Origin: Eledone cirrhosa
Lineage: Eukaryota
Direction: 5' to 3'
Length of the DNA stretch: 64,000 nt
NCBI GenBank assembly: GCA_964016885.1
Contig: OZ024741.1
Location: 351,850,001-351,914,000 of the forward strand
The stretch's first letter is position 1, and each line of letters begins with the position of its first letter. Below the pieces are notes generated by a model that saw only the letters and a list, made by a program, of their open reading frames with translations, was not told where the DNA came from and ran no database searches. Below, piece after piece: positions 52,444 through 64,000 of the stretch. The translations under genes were made by a program, and so were the position numbers.

Positions 52444-52445
<2 letters not shown>
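51532..52445 (-). mobile_element. RTE subfamily A 3' fragment
   Basis: [13 protein letters not shown]...RRLRWYGHV, 3' UTR and (GAT)n tail. Premature stop near the ORF end. Confidence 0.93.
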
Positions 52446-52494
<49 letters not shown>

Positions 52495-52519
52495 TATATA
52501 ATATATATATATATAATAT

Positions 52520-52553
<34 letters not shown>

Positions 52554-52698
52554 AATATATAAATATATAATATATATATATATAAATATATAAATATATA
52601 ATATATATATATATAAATATATAAATATATAATATATATATATATAAATATATAATATATATATATACATATATATAATATATATATATATAATATAT

Positions 52699-52766
<68 letters not shown>

Positions 52767-52780
52767 TATATATAAATATA
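52446..52780. repeat. Interrupted (TA)n array
   Basis: TA runs punctuated by AA. Confidence 0.95.
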
Positions 52781-54656
52781 CAATAATAATTTTCAAACTA
52801 AACTTTCTCACGATATCTCTAATTTTAGAAATTCTACAAACACTTTCGTTCTTTCTGATAAAACCAAAAACCTCTTTGAAGTTAATAGTAATTTGTATAA
52901 CCAACTTTTAACTAATAGTATTACCAATAAATATCAATTAACTAATAATAATAGCTACAATACTATCAATAAAGAAGCTAAAGAACTAGCTAGTTCTTTA
53001 CAAATAGATAACCGGATTGAAAGCTTAGCTAAGCGTAAAGCATATATTACCCTTAAAGACCATAAATTGGACTTTACTAATCGACCTAGTTGTAGACTGA
53101 TTAACCCGGCTAAATCCGAGGTTGGCCTTGCTAGTAAGAAAATCTTAAGAAAAATAATTCTCCAAATTAGAACTAACACTGTCCTTTCACAGTGGCTAAA
53201 TACTTCCTCTGTTATTTCTTGGTTCAATAATATACAAGGTAAAAATAAGTGTAGATTTACGCAATTTGATATTGTCGATTTTTACCCTTCTATTACCGTT
53301 TCCTTATTAACTAAAGCCTTAGATTTTGCAAGACCCTTCATTAATATCTCCAAATTAGAAGAGGACATTATCTTTCATGCCAGAAAAACTTTACTTTTTA
53401 CTAATGATAATATTTGGGTTAAAAAGTCAAACCCTGAAAACTCTTTCGATGTTGCAATGGGTTCTTATGACAGTGCGGATGTGTGCGACTTAGTAGGATT
53501 ATTCCTTCTCCACACACTCAAAGAGAAATTTCCGTCCCATAATATCGGTTTATACCGTGATGACGGATTAGCAGTTTCTCATACCACCAATGGCCATAAT
53601 CTTGATAAATTCCGTAAAGATTTAATTAGTACCTTTGCTAATCTTAACCTTAAAATTACTATAGATACGAACCTTACTAATGCTAACTTTCTTGATATTA
53701 ATCTTGATCTACTTACTGCCTCTTTTAAACCCTATCATAAACCTAATGAAAATCTTAGGTATATACACAAAGAGTCTTGCCATCCCCCTATAGTTTTTAA
53801 TAATCTTATTCCTAACATTAGCCGTAGGATTTCTACTTTATCTTCGTCTATAGACATTTTTAATAAAGCCGCCCCTTATTATAATAAAGCCCTTAAGAAC
53901 AGCGGTTTTACAGAAAATATTTCTTATTTACCTACTCCCCCCCCCCTAAAACTAACCATAATAACAGGAAAAGGAAGATTATTTGGTTCACACCCCCCTT
54001 CTCTCTAAATGTCAAAACTAATGTAGGAAGGAAATTCCTTGAACTATTAGACAAACATTTTCCTCCTATTCATAGATATTATAAGATTTTTAATAGGAAT
54101 GTAGTTAAGATCAGCTACTCTTGTTGTCCATCCATGAAATCCAAAATCACCAGTTCAAACCGTACGAGGATAAATCCAGGATGCAGTTGCAGGAAGCCGG
54201 ATGAATGCCCATTGCAGGGTAAATGTAACACAAAATCTGTCGTTTATGAGGCTAAAACAACGCCAGTTATCAACAACCAGCCAGCCAGAAGCGAGCGATA
54301 TGTCGGTATGACCCAGGACAGGTTTAAAACCAGATTTTACTCACATGTCGCTTCTTTTAAACACTCAGATAAACGAACATCAACGGCTCTCGCAAGTAAG
54401 GTATGGGATCTCAAGGATAGTAATATCCCGTACTCTATTGATTGGTCTATATTAGACCATTCGAGGGAGTACCAAAGGGGCACAAAGAATTGTTCTTTGT
54501 GTACCACAGAAAAGTATAGGATTTTGCTAAACTTGAGAGACACTTCCGCTTGCCTTAACTCTAAGACTGAGTGAGATCTTCAGATGCTGTCCTCATCTGA
54601 AATCGCATCTGATCTGTAACTGGATTGACACTCCTACGATAAATCAACCGCCTTGA
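52781..54656 (+). pseudogene. Penelope-like RT plus GIY-YIG ORF (Hydra-clade-like, tentative), 5'-truncated, two frameshifts
   Basis: SDKTKNL, ITLKDHK, CRLINP, QFDIVDFYPSI, AMGS, LYRDDG, NFLDI, RKIIWFTPPFS, CSCRKPDECPLQGKC, VVY..YVG and CSLCTTEK. Frameshifts at the C10 run (53937-53946) and a TGAG duplication (54568-54575). Confidence 0.92.
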
Positions 54657-56625
<1,969 letters not shown>

Positions 56626-56699
56626 TAATAATAATTAAGCTCTGTTGCTTACATAGAGCACTCTTTTTTCCTGAACTTTTCCGATGGAATTACTTCATT

Positions 56700-56981
56700 T
56701 ATATAATATATATATATATAAATATATAATATATATATATATAATATATATATATATAATATATATATATATATAAATATATAATATATATAAATATATA
56801 ATATATATATATAATATATATATATAATATATATATATAATATATATATATATAATATATATATATATAATATATATATATATAATATATATATATAATA
56901 TATATATATATAATATATATATATATAATATATATATATATAATATATAATATATATATATATATAATATATATATATAAT

Positions 56982-57028
<47 letters not shown>

Positions 57029-57149
57029 TATATAATATATATATAATATATATATATAATATATATATATAATATATATATATAATATATATATAATATA
57101 TATATATAATATATATATATAATATATATATATAATATATATATATAAT

Positions 57150-57180
<31 letters not shown>

Positions 57181-57182
57181 GT

Positions 57183-57258
<76 letters not shown>

Positions 57259-57299
57259 TATATATATAAATATATATATATAATATATATATATATAAT

Positions 57300-57331
<32 letters not shown>

Positions 57332-57468
57332 ATATATATATATATAATATATAGATATATAATATATATATATAATATATATATATATATAATATATATA
57401 TATAATATATATATATATATAATATATATATATATATATAATATATATAGATATATATATATATATAT
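56700..57468. repeat. Long interrupted (TA)n array, about 770 bp
   Basis: Quasi-periodic (TA)nA units. Confidence 0.95.
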
Positions 57469-58212
57469 CGTTTCTGAATTTGTTTAGCAAGATTCTTTAT
57501 CTGAAATCGTGTGTTGAAACCGATATTGTTATACTTTGGGAGGGTCATGTTGCCAATAAGAAACACACGCACCAGTTGCTTTCACTTCAATTTAATTTAT
57601 TATATATTTATAAATTTACAAATTTATAAATTTCTGGTTGGTTGGTTCCACAACCAGATAGTTGTTTATATATATATAGTCATAGTTCTTTCGTCACACA
57701 CTCTGTGACCTCTTCAGTGACTGGGGATTTCTTTCTTCGTTTCTGTGCCTTTCCTTTCTTCTATCCTACGCCATTTTGTTTGTGTGTGGGTTGCGTGCTC
57801 AGTTTGCGCATGCGCCACATCCGGGTGTCTGTGTGTGTTTGTGTTCATTTTTCTATTTTTCTATTTATATTTTTCTATTTGTTTGTTTATTTATTTATTT
57901 ATTGTTGGTTGGTTGTTTGTTCTATGTGTGTGTGTGTTTTCATTTTGTCTTGTGTGTGTTTTCATTTTGTGTGTGTTTTCAATTGTAAGTTGTTTGTTCT
58001 ATGTGTGTGTGTGTTTTCATTTTGTCCTTAATTGTAAGTTGTGATGTTGCTGTTCCACTCATATTTTCTATTTAATTTTGGTTTTAATTCTTTTATGCTT
58101 ACTGCCTCTGTAATTTGCCTAAACATTGCGTCTTTCTTGTGTGTGGATTCTATTTTTATTTCTATGCTCTCTAGTTTACCCCTGTGTTCTATCTTAGCAT
58201 GTTGGTAGAGCA
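57469..58212 (-). mobile_element. 3' fragment of the Nematis-like PLE family
   Basis: QHAKIEH..KDAMFRQITEA..LNRKYEW and the same 3' end as 16020-16452. Confidence 0.9.
57678..57722 (-). ncRNA. Minimal hammerhead in PLE 3' region
   Basis: AGTCA CTGAAGA G GTCACA gagtg TGTGAC GAAA GAACTA^TGACT. Confidence 0.82.
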
Positions 58213-58233
58213 CAGATGATGATGATGATGACA

Positions 58234-58627
58234 TCACACACTTACACCTCTCCAAGACAATGTCACTGGACCGAGACCTTTGGCGGTACTCAGTAACAGA
58301 GAAGACCCGCCTTACCTAAATATATAGTAAAACCTACTCCAGCCAGTAGGCATCTCTAACAAAATACACCCCGTCCCACCACCCCCACCCCATCCACACC
58401 ACCCCGTTCTATGTAAAGTTATGTTGGTGCCGCGCCATCGAGGCCGAAACAAATGAGATCGTGTAGGTGTCACGACAAAAAAACACACAGTCCACGCTGT
58501 AATGTGGCCGTGTAGGCAACACGGTAAAAACCTCCCAGACCCACACTGTAAATGTGGTTGGTGTTAGGAAGGGCATCCAACTGTATAAAACCTGCCAGAC
58601 AGTCCTATGCGAACAAGACAATCACTT
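58234..58627 (+). mobile_element. RTE subfamily A 3' fragment, inverted relative to the next copy
   Basis: Reverse complement of about 58658-59054. Confidence 0.9.
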
Positions 58628-60186
58628 TGGACGGGGGTAGTCCCACTTGAGGCAAGAGTGATTGTCTTGTTCGCATAGGACTGTCTGGCAGGTTTTCTAC
58701 AGTTGGATGCCCTTCCTAACACCAACCACATTTACAGTGTGGGTCTGGGAGGTTTTTACCGTGTTGCCTACACGGCCACATTACAGCGTGGACTGTGTGT
58801 TTTATTGTCGTGACACCTACACGATCTCATTTGTTTCGGCCTGGATGGCGCGGCACCAACATAACTTTACATAGGACGGGGTGGTGTGGATGGGGTGGGG
58901 GTGGGGGTGGTGGGACGGGGTGTATTTTGTTAGTGATGCCTACTGGCTGGAGTAAGTTTTACTATATATTTAGGTAAGGCGGGTCTTCTCTGTTACTGAG
59001 TACCGCCAAAGGTCTCGGTCCAGTGACATTGTCTTGGAGAGGTGTAAGTGTGTGAGGTCGGAGTTTATCAGCTCGTCCCAGGTTTTTCTAGGTCTGCCTA
59101 TTCCGTGGCTACCGTCTATCTTTATTGCCCTGCACTTTGTTATACAGCTATCGACTTTCATGCGCATCACGTGTCCATACCAACGTAGCCTTCTCTCGAG
59201 TAAACAGCATCTGATCCCTCTTATCTCTAATTTTTTCTTTAGTTCGTTTATGCTTTGCCGTTCACGTATATTACTGTTACACATCCAGCGGAGCATGCAA
59301 GCTTCGTTCCTCTCTAGTCTGCGTATATCCTCTGCACACAATGCCCATGTCTCACTGCCATGCAACATTGCTGTTCGTATGCAGGCATCGTACAACCTGC
59401 CTTTCATTTTTAGGGAGAACCCTTTAGCAGCTAATAGTGGTATAAGCTCTCTGAACTTTTTCCAACCAGTTCTGACTCTAGCTACAGTACTTTCAGAGCA
59501 CCCTCCCCCACTGCTGATTTTATCGCCCAGGTAAAGGAAGCTGTCCACTATTTCTATAGAACCCTCTGCGCAATTGAAAGAGCTAGTATTTTGTGGGCAC
59601 TTGCTGCTACTTATTGCACCAGAACACCGGCCACATGTAAAATCTATGTTCTTAGTTAGCTTACCTGTGATCCCACTACATCTTTTATGCACCCATACTT
59701 TGCATTTAGGACATAAAATGGAGTTTCTACCTACGCCTTTCCTACACACCGAGCACGACCATTTCCCAGAAGGGACCGCCGCCTTGTTTTCTTTCCTACA
59801 AACTAGAACTTTGGTCTTAGCCAGGTTAATTTTAAGTCCTTTTGACTCTAGGCCGTGCTTCCATGTTTGGAATTTCTTCTCTAGCTCGGCCATTGATTCC
59901 GCTATGAGTGTCAGGTCGTCTGCGTATAGGAGTTCCCATGGGCAGCCTGTCTTGAACTCCTCTGTTATAGCCTGAAGGGCAATAATAAATAGTAGGGGGC
60001 TGAGAACAGAGCCCTGATGGACGCCAACTTTTACGCTAAACTCTTCACTATATTCGTTGTTAATTCTAACCTTGCTGACTGTTTCTTTATACATGGCTTG
60101 TATAGCCCTCACAAGCCATTCGTCAACGCCTAGTTTTCTAAGAGCCCACCAGATAATGGAGCGGGGGACTCTGTCGAAGGCTTTCT
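58628..60186 (-). mobile_element. RTE subfamily A copy lacking the terminal tail; ORF 58970-60112
   Basis: KAFDRVP..YADD..C4HC3..RRLRWYG. The 5' end abuts a TA array. Confidence 0.95.
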
Positions 60187-60275
60187 ATATATATATATAT
60201 ATAATATATATATATATAATATATATATATATAATATATATATATATATATAATATATATATATATAATATATAT

Positions 60276-60307
<32 letters not shown>

Positions 60308-60315
60308 ATATATAT

Positions 60316-60414
<99 letters not shown>

Positions 60415-60422
60415 ATATATAT

Positions 60423-60492
<70 letters not shown>

Positions 60493-60614
60493 ATATATAA
60501 TGTATATATAATGAATACAATATTATTACCTTATTACCAGAGGTTTCCCGAGCACTCTTCATTTCTATGACCTTTTCTGTTTCTAACGGAAATTTCAATA
60601 CATATATATAATAT

Positions 60615-61221
60615 AAGTGAGATATATGATTTTTAATGCAATGAAATATCTATGATCTTCGGCAAATCACTGATGAGGGACTTATTTTATTACATGTTAC
60701 CATGTGCGACCTGCAGTATTTTTCTCTATATTTTAATACATATATTTACCACTGCGATTCTGTGTTTTTTTTCTCTCTCTCTTACTGTTCCCCCATTCTC
60801 TCTGTTTCTCCCCCTCTGTCTTGTCCGTTAACTCTTCCTCACACTTTCACTCACTCACTGTTTTTCTCCCTCTTCTCTTCATTTCATCCTGCACTCACGA
60901 ACGCTATTTTTTCTCTCTCTGCTCAATAGCTTTCGTTTGTGTTGGTACTATTCTCTCAGCTCTCATATATTCACCTAGCTTATGCTAAACAAATAATTTT
61001 TGAAGCTTGTTTCTCCCCTAAGGTATGCTATTTTTCTGTTGTTCTCCTGTCTCACTCGCTTTACGCGTTTTAATTGTCCTAATAACTTATTTTGGTTATT
61101 ATTGCACCGAAGTGAGATATATGATTTTTAATGCAATGAAATATCTATGATCTTCGGAAAATCACTGATGAGGGACTTATTTTATTACATGTTACCATGT
61201 GCGACCTGCAGTATTTTTCTC

Positions 61222-61230
<9 letters not shown>
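60615..61230 (+). mobile_element. Non-coding element bounded by ~120-bp direct repeats (period 495 bp) containing a permuted hammerhead-like core
   Basis: 60615-60736 matches 61110-61230. Each contains GAAA TATC TA TGAT..ATCA CTGATGA. Confidence 0.7.
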
Positions 61231-61293
<63 letters not shown>

Positions 61294-61895
61294 TATATAT
61301 AATATATATATATATATAATATATATATATATATAATATATATATATATATAATATATATATATATATAATATATATATATATATAATATATATATATAT
61401 ATAATATATATATATATAATATATATATATATAATATATATATATATAATATATATATATATAATATATATATATATAATATATATATATATAATATATA
61501 TATATATAATATATATATATATAATATAAATATATATAATATATATATATATAATATATATATATATAATATATATATATATAATATATATATATATAAT
61601 ATATATATATATAATATATATATATATAATATATATATATATAATATATATATATAATATATATATATAATATATATATATATAATATATATATAATATA
61701 TATATATAATATATATATATATTATATATATATATATAATATATATATATATAATATATATATATATAATATATATATATAATATATATATAATATATAT
61801 ATATAATATATATATATATAATATATATATATATAATATATATATATATAATATATATATATTATATATATATATAATATATATATATATATATG

Positions 61896-61972
<77 letters not shown>

Positions 61973-62036
61973 TATATAATATATATAATATATATATAAT
62001 ATATATATATATAATATATATATAATATATATATAT

Positions 62037-62103
<67 letters not shown>

Positions 62104-62122
62104 ATATATATATAATATATAT
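61230..62122. repeat. Long interrupted (TA)n array, about 890 bp; another lies at 60187-60510
   Basis: Alternating 11-15-nt TA units. Confidence 0.95.
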
Positions 62123-64000
62123 ATCATCATCATCATCAACGTTTAACGTCCGTTTTCCACGCTTGCATGGGTTTGGACGGGGGTAGTCCCACTTGAGGCA
62201 AGAGTGATTGTCTTGCTCGCATAGGACTGTCTGGCAGGTTTTCTACAGTTAGATGCCCTTCCTAACACCAACCACATTTACAGTGTGGGTCTGGGAGGTT
62301 TTTACCGTGTTGCCTACATGGCCACATTACAGCGTGGACTGTGTGTTTTTTTGTCGTGACACCTACACGATCTCATTTGTTTCGGCCTGGATGGTGTGAC
62401 ACCAACATAACTTTACATAGGAGGGGGTGGTGTGGATGGGGTGGGGGTGGTGGGACGGGGGTGTATTTTGTTAGAGATGCCTACTGGCTGTAGTAGGTTT
62501 TACTATGTATTTAGTTAAGGCGGGTCTTCTCTATTACTGAGTACCGCTAAAGGTCTCGGTCCAGTGACATTGTCTTGGAGAGGTGTAAGTGTGTGAGGTC
62601 GTAGTTTATCAGCTCGTCCCAGGTTTTTCTAGGTCTGCCTATTCCGTGGCTACCGTCTATCTTTATTGCCCTGCACTTTGTTATACAGCTATCGACTTTC
62701 ATGCGCATCACCTGTCCATACCAACGTAGCCTTCTCTCGAGTAAACAACATCTGATCCCTCTTATTTCTAATTTTTTCCTTAGTTCGTTTATACATTGCC
62801 GTTCACGTATATTACTATTACACATCCAGCGGAGCATGCAAGCTTCGTTCCTCTCTAGTCTGCGTATATCCTCTGCACACAATGCCCAGGTCTCACTGCC
62901 ATGCAACATTGCTGTTCGTATGCAGGCATCATACAACCTGCCTTTCATTTTTAGGGAGAACCCTTTAGCGGCTAATAGTGGTATAAGCTCTCTGAACTTT
63001 TTCCATCCAGTTCTGACTCTAGCTACTGTACTTTGAGAGCACCCTCCTCCACTGCTGATTTTGTCACCCAGGTAACGGAAGCTGTCCACTATTTCTATAG
63101 AGCCCTCTGCGCAGTTGTAAGAGCTAGTATTTCGTGGGCACTTGCTGCTACTTATTGCACCAGAGCACCGCCAACATGTAAAATCTATGTTCTTAGTTAG
63201 CTTACCTGTGATCCCACTACATCTTTTATGCACCCATACTTTGCATTTGGGACATAAAATGGAGTTTCTATCTACGCCTTTCCTACACACTGAGCATGGC
63301 CATTTCCCGGAAGGGACCGCCGCCTTATTTTCTTTCCTACAAACTAGAACTTTAGTCTTAGCCAGGTTAATTTTAAGGCCTTTTGATTCCAGGCCGTGCT
63401 TCCATGTTTGGAATTTCTTCTCTAGCTCGGCCATTGATTCCGCTATGAGTGTCAGGTCGTCTGCGTATAGGAGTTCCCATGGGCAGCCGGTCTTGAACTC
63501 CTCTGTTATAGCCTGAAGGGCAATAATAAATAGTAGGGGGCTAAGAACAGAGCCCTGATGGACGCCAACTTTTACGCTAAACTCTTCACTATATTCGTTG
63601 TTAATTCTAACCTTGCTGACTGTTTCTTTATACATGGCTTGTATAGCTCTCACAAGCCATTCGTCAACACCTAGTTTTCTAAGGGCCCACCAGATAATGG
63701 AACGGGGTACTCTGTCGAAGGCTTTCTCCAAGTCAACAAAAGCTAAGTAGAGGGGTTTACCTTTAGCTAGGTATTTCTCCTGTAGTTGACGTACAATGAA
63801 AAGAGCGTCTGTGGTACTTTTGCCTGACACAAACCCGAACTGCATTTCATCTAGGTCAATTTTCTCTCTGATTAGTTGCGCTATTACTTTTTCCGTGACC
63901 TTCATGACCTGGTCGATTAATTTAATGCCTCTATAGTTACTCCTATCTAGGGCATCTCCTTTACCCTTATAACAGTTAACGATGATGCTGCTATGCCAGT
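62123..64000 (-). mobile_element. RTE subfamily A copy running off the window end; ORF 62547 to >63905
   Basis: RT motifs, C4HC3 insert, premature TAG near the C-terminus, 3' UTR and (GAT)n tail. Confidence 0.95.

Noticed and set aside
54568-54575. In-frame TGA near the PLE C-terminus as possible selenocysteine, as in some Naiad PLEs
   Set aside because: A TGAG duplication shifts the frame, and the conserved tail continues in another frame, so read-through would not restore it.

Overview
AT-rich animal non-coding DNA made almost entirely of transposable elements and (TA)n/(CA)n/(CAC)n microsatellites. The repeat content (CORE- and Meta-type tRNA SINEs, RTE LINEs with (GAT)n tails) suggests a cephalopod such as Octopus; this is an inference. 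No host protein-coding gene can be supported. The window holds about eight young and several decayed RTE-clade LINE copies whose RT carries an inserted C4HC3 (PHD-like) zinc finger and whose 3' UTR is built from repeated hairpin plus H-type pseudoknot modules. It also holds three distinct Penelope-like (PLE, GIY-YIG) families, a Helitron helicase remnant, L1/Tx1-like remnants, two SINE superfamilies and a TTAA-type MITE family. The main hidden signal is a dense set of minimal hammerhead ribozyme (HHR) motifs: about 11 with an intact CUGANGA/GAAA core, plus degenerate and permuted ones. Several sit in both arms of non-coding head-to-head foldback elements inserted in (TA)n tracts, and one of these has a 300-bp ribozyme-to-ribozyme tandem unit resembling a retrozyme. 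All structures and boundaries were read by eye and are approximate.
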